This document shows, piece by piece, positions 55,663 through 64,000 of a stretch of DNA of 64,000 nt (the stretch's first letter is position 1; each line of letters begins with the position of its first letter). Source of the DNA: an uncultured Verrucomicrobiae bacterium. Its GTDB lineage: Bacteria; Verrucomicrobiota; Verrucomicrobiia; Limisphaerales; Palsa-1400. The position numbers were made by a program, and so were the translations under genes. The DNA lies in assembly GCA_963764165.1 (NCBI GenBank), contig CAVXRD010000004.1, forward strand, positions 384,001 to 448,000, written 5' to 3'. The notes under the pieces were generated by a model. It saw only the letters and a list, made by a program, of their open reading frames with translations. It searched no databases and was not told the origin of the DNA.

Positions 55663-55796
55663 GCGGTCGGCGGGGCGCCGACCGCGACACGCGGGGGCGC
55701 GTGTGCTCCCCCGAAAGGGAATTCACGCCACGACCACTCCTATGTCTTGGGAGCGCACGCGCCTCCGCGTGCAGCGGGACGCGCCCCGCGTCCCGC
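55663..55796. repeat. Inverted pair of GGGAG-headed double-hairpin REP-like units
   Basis: Reverse complement of 55663-55710 (gggagcacacgcgcccccgcgtgtcgcggtcggcgccccgccgaccgc) aligns with 55749-55796 (gggagcgcacgcgcctccgcgtgcagcgggacgcgccccgcgtcccgc). Confidence 0.75.
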
Positions 55797-55842
55797 ATCA
55801 GACGCTTCTGAAACCAAATGCGTCTCCCGCGCTCTCGTGGAC

Positions 55843-55879
55843 TTGACGGACCGGACGTTTTAAGGAATCCTTAAAACGT
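55843..55879 (+). promoter_or_regulatory. Antitoxin promoter with perfect palindromic operator
   Basis: TTGACG at 55843; ACGTTTTAAGGA-A-TCCTTAAAACGT (55855-55879) covers the -10 region and the GTG start. Confidence 0.75.
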
Positions 55880-56108
55880 GAAAGATTTGGGTACGATGAC
55901 TGTCTCCAAAGTCGGCCAGAGCACACTTCCTAAGTGGTGGCGAGATGCCTCTGGCTTGTCTCGCGGTGGTGTGGTCGAGGTGCGGCCTATGCGCGACGGC
56001 AAAAACAGCATCGTGCTGACCCCCAAGCCCGCCAGACGTCGCGGCGCGGTCGGGCTGCTTCAGCTTTTCGCGAAATGCCCGCTTCCAATCCCGCCGCCGA
56101 ACCGGTGA
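55878..56108 (+). CDS. AbrB/MazE/VapB-type antitoxin-like DNA-binding protein
   Basis: TVSKVGQSTLPKWWRDASGL..GGVVEV...IVLTP matches the AbrB swapped-hairpin pattern. Confidence 0.8.
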   Translation: MKDLGTMTVSKVGQSTLPKWWRDASGLSRGGVVEVRPMRDGKNSIVLTPKPARRRGAVGLLQLFAKCPLPIPPPNR

Positions 56109-56120
56109 ACTGCCATTCAA

Positions 56121-56150
56121 CTGAGTTTCCTGATCGACACGGACTTGTGA
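56121..56150 (+). pseudogene. Remnant of a PIN/VapC toxin N-terminus
   Basis: CTG AGT TTC CTG ATC GAC ACG GAC TTG TGA reads xSFLIDTDL-stop, the PIN first-strand motif, right after the antitoxin. Confidence 0.5.
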
Positions 56151-56685
56151 GCACGCTAGCCCAAGCGGCAATGAGCGGTTCAAAATCGCGGCATCTGCCG
56201 CCTGAAATTGCCTTTCTCACTCTGAGGTTTCACGATTGACCTCCCCTCGTTGCCTCGCTACTCTTTGCTAGGAGAGGTTGTTTATGACTGCGAGGACGCG
56301 AAAACGTTTGTGGATTGCTGTCGGGACGATTGGCGTCTGTGTTCTTCTTTTTGCTTACAAAGAGCGTGATTCTTGCCGTTGCCAAGTGTGTTTTGCGACC
56401 AAAGATGTTTATCAGTGGAGGATCGGCGCTTGGTTTGAGCCCTCTCTTCCCCTCAGTCCGAAGTGGGAACGAGTCGCAGAAACGCATTTTGGACGCGATT
56501 TTCTTCCGACGGACCACACCCACCAGTGGCAGTTTGCCCAAGGTTCGCCCTTTTATTTTGTAGGATTGAAATGGGGCGGCTGTGCCATCGGCCCAGGCCG
56601 GCGCGTGAGCGATCTTTGCCGGGTGTACGAGTCGAGTGAAGACTTTCGGAAATTCATCCACGCCAAGCTGGAGGATGGTTCTCTA

Positions 56686-57508
56686 GGGCCTGTTAACACT
56701 AACGTAACGCCTCCACGATGAGCGCGAGGACGACGAATCCGGAGTACAACGCATCCAATTTGTCGAAGCGACTGAAGACTCGGCGGTAGCTTTTGAGTCG
56801 GCGAAAAAGCCGTTCAATCTCATTGCGGCGTCGGTAAAGGGTTTGGTCATACTCCCACGGATTTAAGCGTCGGGGGTTAGGAGGAACCACTGGAGCGTAG
56901 CCCAATTCCCGCGCCTGTTGCAGAGTCTCGTCCCCTTCATAGGCGCTGTCCATGATGAGTGGAAGCCCTGCCGGAACCGGCCCGCCCGCCTGCAAAAGCT
57001 CGCGTCCTTGCGGCGCGTCCCCCGCCTGGCCGGGGGAAAGCTTGAGCATTAAGGCGCACTGGGCATTCGCGGCAACCAGATGAATTTTGGTGGTGCAACC
57101 GCCTCGGGAGCGCCCGATGGCCTGTGGGCCGTTTTTTTTAGCGCCCCGGTGCCGTCGGGGTGAACCTTGATCGTCGTGCTGTCCAAGCAGACTTGCTCGA
57201 TCCGGATCGCCAGGATTTGCTCCTGCTGGAGCCGGGCGAAGACTCGATCCAGCACGCCCGCTTTGCTCCAGCGGTTCATGCGGGTGTAGATCGTATGCCA
57301 GTTGCCAAAATGTTTTGGCAGGCCGCGCCATTTGCACCCATGCTCCACCACATAGAGCAGGGCGTTGAGAAGTTGCAGATTGGTCATGCTCACGTTGCCG
57401 CGCTGCCGCGGCAGACAATCAGCAACCCGCTGATATTGACTCTCTGTAAGCTCCACCCAGCCATTTTGCCTTGTCGCCTATAAAATGTCAATTAGTGTTA
57501 ACAGGCCC
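56686..57508 (-). mobile_element. IS5-family insertion sequence (IS427-like group), 823 bp
   Basis: Perfect 17-bp terminal inverted repeats GGGCCTGTTAACACTAA, flanking TA duplication (56684-85, 57509-10), two-ORF transposase. Confidence 0.93.
56699..57456 (-). CDS. IS5-family DDE transposase, orfA/orfB joined by a -1 frameshift at an A8 run
   Basis: orfA GCKWRGLPKHFGNWHTIYTRMNRW...LDSTTIKVH; A8 at 57132-57139; orfB GRSRGG.TTKIH, MDSAYE, YRRRNEIERLFRRLK. Confidence 0.9.
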
Positions 57509-57782
57509 TAACCCAATCGAATTTAATCGCATTAATGGGTATTGCCGACACTCGGGATATGACACCAATAAAGAGCCAATCGACTACGTTATTAGATGCA
57601 TTTTTTCGACAGTAACCATTTCATCTTGCGCGAAGATTCAGACGGCTATCTGGTTTCAATCCAGCACGTTAAAGAGTTATCCACAAGGTGCGCATTAGTA
57701 TGTCATGCTTCATACATTGTGCGAAAGTGCGATGTGTGGAAAACTCCGGGGCGATGTCAAACACGTTATCCATCCCACCTCG

Positions 57783-59234
57783 TTATCCACCGTTCTCCTT
57801 GTAGGGCCACGAATTTGTATAGCGCGACCAAACTAGAAACGCGATGACTCCAATCCCAAGCGCCGCCAACGACCAATTGCGCGGCACCTTGTCCGTCTCC
57901 ACAAACACAAAGCACCACCCCACGAGTGCCACCAGCGCAGGCAGCGGATAAAGCCAGATGCGGAATGGGCGCGGCATGTCCGGCTTCGTCCGGCGCAGCA
58001 GCATGACAGCGCCGATCTGGCCGATGAATTGCACAATGATTCTAAACGCAACCAAAGTGTCGATGAGCGTGCCAAGACTGAAAAAGCTGGCCACCACCGA
58101 CAGCGCGACTATCAGCGTTAGTGAAATATGGGGAAAGTCCTTCGTGGGGTGCAGCCGCGCGAAAATGCGGAAGAATCCGCCATCCCGCGCCGCCGCAAAT
58201 GGCACGCGCGAATAACCCAGCATCAACGTGAAAATGGAACCGACCGCCGTCCAAACAATCAGAATCGAAATGATTTTCGCCGTCGTCGACCCCCAGATTT
58301 TCTCCGCGAACATGGCACCCACAGCCGCGTCCGGCTTGGCCACGATTTCCTTCCACGGCAGCACGCCGATGATCGACAAATTCATTGTCAAATAGATCGC
58401 GGCCACCACCACCAGGCTGATGATGATGGAGCGAGGAATGGTTTTGCCCGGCTGGCGGACTTCCTCGGCGATGTAACAGACATCGTAATATCCCATGTAA
58501 TCGTAGATGCCGATGCTGGTGGCCGCGCCGAGGCCGGACAGGAATCCGAGCGAAAAGTCAAAGGCATGCGGCGGAAATGAAAAGGCCGTCTTGGAATCGA
58601 AATGGGAAACGCCCCCGAAAATGACCGCCAGCACCGTCACCATTGTTCCCGCCCACAGCACGACCGTAAGTTTGCCCACCGACCCAATGCGGCGATAAAG
58701 GAGCCAGAAAAGCAGCCCCGTCAATACGACATTGATGACGTTCATTTGCGCCGCCGTGACGTCTTTGCCAATCAGGTAAGCCAGATATTGCTTGAGGCCG
58801 ATGAAGCCGGTTCCGATCTCCATCGGGCCGCTAATAATCAATTGCCAGATGAACAAAAACGCCATCAACCGCCCCCACTTCTCCCGTCCAAAGCCCTCCC
58901 GCAGCCACGTATAAGTCCCGCCCGCCACCGGCATCGCCGCGCTCAATTCCGACCAAATCAACCCGTCCGGCAAAACGATCAGCAGGCTGGCGATCCAGCC
59001 CAGCATGCATTGGGGGCCGCCGCCATTAATCGTAGCCATCATGGTAGGGATGGTGATGAAAGGCCCAACCCCGATCATTTGAGTGATGTTCAGCGCGGAC
59101 GCCTGCAGCAGCCCAAATTTGCGGACGAGATGGTGTTCGCTTGACGGCGTTTCGCTCACGGGGCCGAACGATACCGAACGCCCGGCCCGGGTAAAAGGGA
59201 ATATATTGGAAGCCTGCGCGAACGCAGCCGTCAC
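57783..59234 (-). CDS. APC superfamily amino acid permease
   Basis: LVRKFGL, MIGVGPF, WSELSAAMPVAGG.Y, Y.GY, EEVRQP.KTIPR, SRVPFAAARDG, RPFRIWLYP; start may be the GTG near 59159. Confidence 0.93.
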   Translation of the reverse strand: MTAAFAQASNIFPFTRAGRSVSFGPVSETPSSEHHLVRKFGLLQASALNITQMIGVGPFITIPTMMATINGGGPQCMLGWIASLLIVLPDGLIWSELSAAMPVAGGTYTWLREGFGREKWGRLMAFLFIWQLIISGPMEIGTGFIGLKQYLAYLIGKDVTAAQMNVINVVLTGLLFWLLYRRIGSVGKLTVVLWAGTMVTVLAVIFGGVSHFDSKTAFSFPPHAFDFSLGFLSGLGAATSIGIYDYMGYYDVCYIAEEVRQPGKTIPRSIIISLVVVAAIYLTMNLSIIGVLPWKEIVAKPDAAVGAMFAEKIWGSTTAKIISILIVWTAVGSIFTLMLGYSRVPFAAARDGGFFRIFARLHPTKDFPHISLTLIVALSVVASFFSLGTLIDTLVAFRIIVQFIGQIGAVMLLRRTKPDMPRPFRIWLYPLPALVALVGWCFVFVETDKVPRNWSLAALGIGVIAFLVWSRYTNSWPYKENGG

Positions 59235-59385
59235 AGGCCGTCACACAATCCCATGGCCCGGCCCGGCGGAAAATCACTCCACCGATATAGGACGGGCGGT
59301 TTTGTGACGGCTCTGTGTGAGGGTTTGTGACGGTATTTGTGACGATTTAAGTCGTTGATTGCCAACATTGTGACGGGTGTGACGG
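59228..59385. repeat. Cluster of TGTGACGG octamers around an IHF-like motif
   Basis: Inverted copies at 59228 and 59238; direct copies at 59303, 59316 (variant), 59326, 59338 (variant), 59369, 59378; TAAGTCGTTGATT at 59348. Confidence 0.75.
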
Positions 59386-59612
59386 CTTTTTAGGGGGGTG
59401 TATATGCATATGCCTCTCAAATGGCCGTTTCGCTTTCCCTGCAACGGGCACGGTCCGACAAAAACATTGACCCTCATATCACCTAATCTCAGCAAATATC
59501 AGCAAATCGCACCAAATGTCACCAATCTGAAAAAGCGCGGTTCCAGCCGATAATCCCAAATGTTTTGCGATTGACTGATGCGAGCGGGACTGCGGCATGA
59601 TATGGTACGAAT

Positions 59613-60068
59613 ATGAATTTGGAAGAGAAACAACGGCTGCAGGTCGCAGCCTGGATCGAGGAAGGCCTCAAATTGGCCGAGATCCAGAAGCGGTTGGAGA
59701 CGGAATTGGGCCTGCGCATGACTTACCTCGAGGTGCGCCTGCTGGTGGATGACTTGAAATTGAAACCCAAGGATCCCGCGCCTCCCCCCTCCCCTGTGCC
59801 CGCTCCCGGGGAAGTCCCGAAGCCTGAAACCGCCGCCGCAGCGCCGCCGCCGGGACGGGTCTCTGTCTCGGTGGATCAATTGGCGCGTCCTGGCGCTTTG
59901 GTCAGCGGCAAAGTGACTTTCACCGACGGCAAATCCGCCGATTGGGTCCTCGACCAAAGCGGACGGCTGGGCCTTGTGCCCGCTGAAAAAGGCTACAAAC
60001 CGCCCGCAGCCGACGTGCAGGAATTCCAAATCGCCCTGCAGCAGGAATTGCAAAAACTGGGGATGTAA
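59613..60068 (+). CDS. Hypothetical two-domain protein with Pro-rich linker
   Basis: 151-aa ORF abutting pgl; helical N-domain and beta-rich C-domain. Confidence 0.8.
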   Translation: MNLEEKQRLQVAAWIEEGLKLAEIQKRLETELGLRMTYLEVRLLVDDLKLKPKDPAPPPSPVPAPGEVPKPETAAAAPPPGRVSVSVDQLARPGALVSGKVTFTDGKSADWVLDQSGRLGLVPAEKGYKPPAADVQEFQIALQQELQKLGM

Positions 60069-60788
60069 ATGGCGGCGCCGTTTGAAATTAGGAAGTTCGC
60101 GGACGACAAGGCGCTTTCAGCGGCTGCGGCGCGCGATTGGCTGGAGTTGGTAAAACAGTCCACGGGCCGTTATTCGGTGGCGTTTTCGGGCGGCCGCATT
60201 GCGAAGACTTTTTTCCAGGAAGTTGCCAAATTAGCGGCCGCAAATCCGAACTTGCTGGCGAATGTTCACTATTTCTGGACTGACGAGCGTTGCGTACCAC
60301 CGTCCGACCCCGAAAGCAACTTCCGGCTGGCGAAAGAGAATTTGTTCGACCCGATCGGCGCGCCTGAAGGCAACATTCACCGGCTCAAAGGAGAATTGCC
60401 GCCCGTCGAGGCCGTCTCCGACGCAATTCGCGAGGTGAAGGCCACGCTCCCCTCGCCTCCTTCGGAAATCCCGGCGTTCGACATGATTTTTCTCGGCATG
60501 GGAGAAGACGGCCACATCGCCTCCCTGATGCCCAATGCGAAGGCGTCCGTGCTGGAATGCCGCGAAGTCTTTGTCCACGTCGACAATTCACCCAAGCCGC
60601 CGCCCAATCGTTTGACCATGACGTATCCGGTTCTTGCCAAGGCAAAGAACGTTTGGGCGCTGGTGGCCAGCGCCGGAAAAACCAAGGCTTTGCGTGAATC
60701 AATGTCACCCGGGGGCGGCACGCCTTTTGCCCGCGTTCTCCGCTCCCGCGCCAAAAGTATTGTCTATACGGATTTGAACGAAGGTTGA
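60069..60788 (+). CDS. pgl: 6-phosphogluconolactonase
   Basis: AFSGG, FWTDERCVPPSDPESNF, FDMIFLGMGEDGHIASL, SPKPPPNRLTMT. Confidence 0.93.
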   Translation: MAAPFEIRKFADDKALSAAAARDWLELVKQSTGRYSVAFSGGRIAKTFFQEVAKLAAANPNLLANVHYFWTDERCVPPSDPESNFRLAKENLFDPIGAPEGNIHRLKGELPPVEAVSDAIREVKATLPSPPSEIPAFDMIFLGMGEDGHIASLMPNAKASVLECREVFVHVDNSPKPPPNRLTMTYPVLAKAKNVWALVASAGKTKALRESMSPGGGTPFARVLRSRAKSIVYTDLNEG

Positions 60789-60911
60789 ATTTTGAGCTTC
60801 TTAGCAGGCTCAAAATCAACGGCTTAAGTGGGGTGGCCGGAATTCGCGGGAACTTAAATATACCCGCCTTTATACACGCTTTTTGTATAAGCGATCTTTG
60901 CCCTCTGCCCT

Positions 60912-61133
60912 TTATTGCTGGCCGGCTTCGCGGATGATTTTTGTGGCTTCACTGGTTCGGCCAGTGGCGTGGCCGATGGCGTAAATGGACATCGCCAGGA
61001 ATTCGTTTTCCAGATGCACCTCGAGGCCCATTAGCTTTGTGCCCTCGGTTGCTCGCAGGTAGGAGGCGCGGGCGCGGCGCTTGGCTTCTTCCTGGATCGA
61101 AGCGGCGGCCTTCGATTGTTCGTCCGCTGTCAT
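60912..61133 (-). CDS. Phage-like hypothetical protein
   Basis: 73-aa ORF ending the co-oriented run. Confidence 0.6.
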   Translation of the reverse strand: MTADEQSKAAASIQEEAKRRARASYLRATEGTKLMGLEVHLENEFLAMSIYAIGHATGRTSEATKIIREAGQQ

Positions 61134-61145
61134 ACTTCAGGCATA

Positions 61146-61628
61146 TTAGCGGACGGGGATTAGGGAGCGCGGCGTCGCGCCGATCGCGGCGTAGAAGAAG
61201 CCTTGCTTGGCCGGCCATGGCACCGGCTCGCGCAATCTGCGGACATTTCCCACGCGCCAGGCGAAGCGGCCGGGACTGAAATCTCCAAACACCTTCGCGG
61301 CGCGACGTTGGGCTTTGGTGAGCTTTTCAACGGGGATGCAATCGACGAGCTCGCAGATCCCGATGATCGCGCCAAAAGGCAAATCGTCGATCGTGACGAT
61401 TCGCGCCGGTCGGCGGTGCAGATTCAACGGCAGGCCCAGGAGCGGGGCGAGGCCGCGCTGATAACAGCGCAGGCCCAAGTAAATTTCCATCTCGCGCTTA
61501 ACGTAGCGTTGCGCGGCGTGGATCAGGAGGGGTCCGCGAAATTTGGTGGACCAGCCGCGGGTCTCGAAGATCTTCGCGCCGGTCACCAGCAAAGAGCCGT
61601 GCGGCTGCCACATGGAAATTGCGCGCAT
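61146..61628 (-). CDS. ASCH domain protein
   Basis: AISMWQPHGSLLVTGAKIFETRGWST.FRGPLLIHA, GAIIG..ELVDC, AW......L..PVP..AKQGF. Confidence 0.9.
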   Translation of the reverse strand: MRAISMWQPHGSLLVTGAKIFETRGWSTKFRGPLLIHAAQRYVKREMEIYLGLRCYQRGLAPLLGLPLNLHRRPARIVTIDDLPFGAIIGICELVDCIPVEKLTKAQRRAAKVFGDFSPGRFAWRVGNVRRLREPVPWPAKQGFFYAAIGATPRSLIPVR

Positions 61629-61631
61629 GTG

Positions 61632-62126
61632 TCAACTCGATTTTTCGGGGAGGAGGAGCGCGGCGCCGCTGGCTTTGACTCGCTGCCATAAGGTTTCTTT
61701 GCCGTCCCAAATGTAGGGGAGGAAAGCTTCGCGGAAATCGGCTTGCTGCAGTTGGATCTTGCTCATCTGGATTTCAACTTCGTTGAGGCAAATTTTCCAG
61801 GCGGTGCGTTTCGCCTGTTCGTCAAATTCGTGGCGCCTCTTTTTCTTCTGGCTCGGATAGGCGGTTTGTGTTCCGTCTGCGGTGAGCTTGTCAGCGCCGA
61901 CGTAATCTTTCCAAAGAGCATCCCGGCAGGCGCGGATATCTGGTGATAGGCGAATCGCGCATTTCACCCCGGCAATTTCAACGTGAAATACCAGCGAGGC
62001 TATTTCGCCTGGTGTCGGGGTGTATTGCTTCGTGATGCCGGAGACGCCGCACTGAATCAAGATTCGCTCGATGGCGGCGATGCTCTGACTCGCCGGGACT
62101 TCGCTGGTGTAGTTTTTAAGGAACAT
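61632..62126 (-). CDS. Phage-like hypothetical protein
   Basis: LKNYTSEVP..QSI..IE.IL...G and QAKRTAW...EAFLPY pattern that I recall from prophage early regions. Confidence 0.75.
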   Translation of the reverse strand: MFLKNYTSEVPASQSIAAIERILIQCGVSGITKQYTPTPGEIASLVFHVEIAGVKCAIRLSPDIRACRDALWKDYVGADKLTADGTQTAYPSQKKKRRHEFDEQAKRTAWKICLNEVEIQMSKIQLQQADFREAFLPYIWDGKETLWQRVKASGAALLLPEKSS

Positions 62127-62130
62127 AATT

Positions 62131-62868
62131 TTAAGCCACGCTGTGCGCGGTGGGTTGGTCGCTGGTGAGGTTTTGCGCGCTTTCGGCGTAGGCGTTGATC
62201 TGGCTGGGTTGATTGGTGAAGGCAGCGCCGACGCTCAGGCCAATCATCATTTTTCCGGCGTCGCGATTTTTATAATTGTGTTCGAGGAAAAATTTGGTGG
62301 CCCACTCGATTTGCTTTGCAGTGAAATTATAGCCCAGCTCTTTCAGGCGCTGAGAAGAACGCTCGAAAGGAATCAGCAGTGAAACAGGTTTGAACACCAG
62401 CGCCTCGGTGGTTGCGCGGACATCATCAAGAGTGATTTGATGGGTCTGCTGTAGTCCAGCGCCCACCGCCATAGCGCGTTCGAGTTCTGCGCGGAGCGAG
62501 GCCATGAAGCTTCCGTCTATAAAATGACGGCGTTCCACGATTGCCCAACCCGGCCGGACAGATTCAGCCCAACGATCCACTTCGGATTGACGGTTGACGT
62601 GGCGAGAACGTTGTCTCTCAAACTCGAGTACGTACTCCCGTACGGTATCGCCTCTTTCGCGGGGGCCTGCCGATGCAACAATGCGATCAACGCGGGCCCA
62701 CCAATCGGCGGGGACGAAATGCGGAACCTTCTCCTCCCTGATTACCGCGTCGGGATAGCCGCTGTTCGGCTGGAAATAATCGAAGCCTGGATGATGTATT
62801 CTTTCGAGCCATCTCCAGACGACCGTGTTCGTGTCGTCGAGCAATACCAAGTGTATGCGGTCAATCAT
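62131..62868 (-). CDS. Phage-like hypothetical protein
   Basis: Start set at MIDRIH, which overlaps the stop of the Zn-finger ORF (ATGA); the frame is also open up to 63183. Confidence 0.7.
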   Translation of the reverse strand: MIDRIHLVLLDDTNTVVWRWLERIHHPGFDYFQPNSGYPDAVIREEKVPHFVPADWWARVDRIVASAGPRERGDTVREYVLEFERQRSRHVNRQSEVDRWAESVRPGWAIVERRHFIDGSFMASLRAELERAMAVGAGLQQTHQITLDDVRATTEALVFKPVSLLIPFERSSQRLKELGYNFTAKQIEWATKFFLEHNYKNRDAGKMMIGLSVGAAFTNQPSQINAYAESAQNLTSDQPTAHSVA

Positions 62869-63155
62869 GGCTGGGGAATGCGGCCGCGCTGGCGGATTAG
62901 TTTTTGGACGACGCCGATTTGCCAGCGTTGTTTCGCCGCCAAACTCATCAGGCCGGAGAGCGGGGCGATTTCTAAATTCATATTGACGTCGAAGGCGAGC
63001 ATTTCGCCGCAGTTGCCGCACAGGCTCAAATCCCCAGGGCGCGGCCGCGCGGCCTTTCCGGTGATGGTGCTGGCGCACTCGGGCCGGTAGCCGCACGTCG
63101 GACACGCGGAAGTCGGCAACGGATTTCCGCTGGCGTCTAGCGAAGCGGTTTCCAC
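62865..63155 (-). CDS. Small Zn-finger protein, probably frameshifted from its natural start at 63183
   Basis: CPTC and CGNC pairs; G9 tract at 63156-63164 separates it from the coupled ATG. Confidence 0.65.
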   Translation of the reverse strand: METASLDASGNPLPTSACPTCGYRPECASTITGKAARPRPGDLSLCGNCGEMLAFDVNMNLEIAPLSGLMSLAAKQRWQIGVVQKLIRQRGRIPQP

Positions 63156-63179
63156 GGGGGGGGGATTTTCGATTTGGGT

Positions 63180-63506
63180 TCATGCGCGGGCCATATCGTA
63201 ATTCTCAATCGGCTGTCCGGCGGCCTCGTGCTCGAGGCGTCCGACACGGAGGCAAACAGCACGGTAGATATCGAGCAAGCTCAGCATCGAGTGATAATGC
63301 TTCTCGAAAAATTCCTTGCGCAAATGGTGGTAGCCATACATCTCGCCGGTGACCATGCCATCGACGTATTTTTCTCCACCCCACGTCATTGTGCGCAAGG
63401 TGCGGGCGAGCTGGTCGCGCTCGTTGCGCAGGAACATGAGATTATTCCAGAGCGGGCTGGATTTGCATTTTCGCAATTCTGAATCGTCGTAAAGGGAGTG
63501 GCTCAT
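63180..63506 (-). CDS. Phage-like hypothetical protein
   Basis: 108-aa ORF with ATGA overlaps at both ends. Confidence 0.7.
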   Translation of the reverse strand: MSHSLYDDSELRKCKSSPLWNNLMFLRNERDQLARTLRTMTWGGEKYVDGMVTGEMYGYHHLRKEFFEKHYHSMLSLLDIYRAVCLRVGRLEHEAAGQPIENYDMARA

Positions 63507-63823
63507 AGCGGATCGATGCCGACGTCGACGGCGGTGCGGTACCAGGCGTGGAGGCGGGCGGTGTCGCTGATGGTTTGGATATCGAAGCGCAGGAAGTTCA
63601 TTCGTTCAACGTCCTGGTCGGAGTTGGCATCCCATATCGGACAGTCAATCCAGTGTTGAAAATACTGGCGGAGGATTTCCACCTGCAGCGGATTCATCTC
63701 GCCTCGCTCGCTCAAAAAAAGCATGACCGCCATTTGCATTACGCCGCTCTGTTCGTCTCGCCAGTAATAGGGACCCCCATCAGGGCGGTAAACGGGAAAC
63801 ATGGTAACACGGTGAGCGGTCAT
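63503..63823 (-). CDS. Phage-like hypothetical protein
   Basis: 106-aa ORF with ATGA overlaps at both ends. Confidence 0.7.
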   Translation of the reverse strand: MTAHRVTMFPVYRPDGGPYYWRDEQSGVMQMAVMLFLSERGEMNPLQVEILRQYFQHWIDCPIWDANSDQDVERMNFLRFDIQTISDTARLHAWYRTAVDVGIDPL

Positions 63824-64000
63824 GCGGGTTTGGCGACGCTGGTGGACGGGACCACCTCAAAGTGGATATCTGGATGTCTGGCTTGCAGGTCCTGAATCAT
63901 TTTGCCGTGTTCGATTCCAAGCCGGTACGATTCTTCAGGAGACAGGCTAAGCTCGGGATGCGGTATCTCCGCGATGGTTTTCCCATCCACGACCTTCATT
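63820..64000 (-). CDS. Hypothetical protein, probably truncated by the window end
   Basis: Open frame MKVVDGKTIAEIPHP...SVAKPA-stop whose TGA overlaps the next ATG. Confidence 0.55.
   Translation of the reverse strand, partial: MKVVDGKTIAEIPHPELSLSPEESYRLGIEHGKMIQDLQARHPDIHFEVVPSTSVAKPA

Larger units (their letters stand above)
56284..57615 (+). pseudogene. Membrane-anchored Cys/His-rich protein gene interrupted by the IS
   Basis: Removing the IS and one TA joins ...KLEDGSL in frame to TQSNLIALMGIADTRDMTPIKSQSTTLLDAFFRQ-stop (57511-57615). Confidence 0.78.
60789..64000 (-). mobile_element. Edge of a probable prophage or integrative element (continues beyond the window)
   Basis: Abrupt switch to short co-oriented ORFs, several ATGA-coupled, including ASCH and Zn-finger proteins; att-like motifs at 60814-60882; no integrase or virion gene visible. 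Confidence 0.7.

Noticed and set aside
60853..60880. Chromosomal dif site (11-6-11 layout)
   Set aside because: Only 7/11 match to the E. coli XerD arm with a weak XerC arm; better explained as integrase arm-type repeats

Overview
GC-rich bacterial DNA whose gene content points to Verrucomicrobiota of the PVC superphylum (inference from the microcompartment type, the ECF-sigma/Ser-Thr-kinase pair and the secreted-protein C-terminal domains). In order: (1) 69-12081, a tightly coupled nine-gene minus-strand operon joining a TRAFAC-class GTPase and a GAP1-N2-like partner to a MotA/TolQ/ExbB channel, two ExbD-like proteins, and vWA, YfaP-like and GYF_2-TM2 proteins, which is the best candidate for an undescribed system; (2) two Tat-exported oxidoreductases flanking a compact structured RNA candidate at 13366-13479; (3) mbfA, a lipoate ligase, a transglutaminase-like protein lacking its catalytic Cys and a discoidin-like protein; (4) a Planctomycete/Verrucomicrobia-type microcompartment locus with a divergent DeoR regulator; (5) HDOD/CheY/CheX and PadR genes; (6) ECF sigma, WD40 Ser/Thr kinase and a 2100-aa repeat surface protein, the last two sharing an upstream motif; (7) DUF2330, a Gld-like ABC system, a Tat aminotransferase and an S53 peptidase; (8) a decayed toxin-antitoxin pair and an IS5-family element interrupting a gene; (9) an APC permease, pgl, and from about 60.8 kb the edge of a probable prophage. 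Several REP/REPIN-like palindromes lie between genes. I saw no rRNA, tRNA or CRISPR array. All family calls come from motif recognition by eye; no database searches were run.
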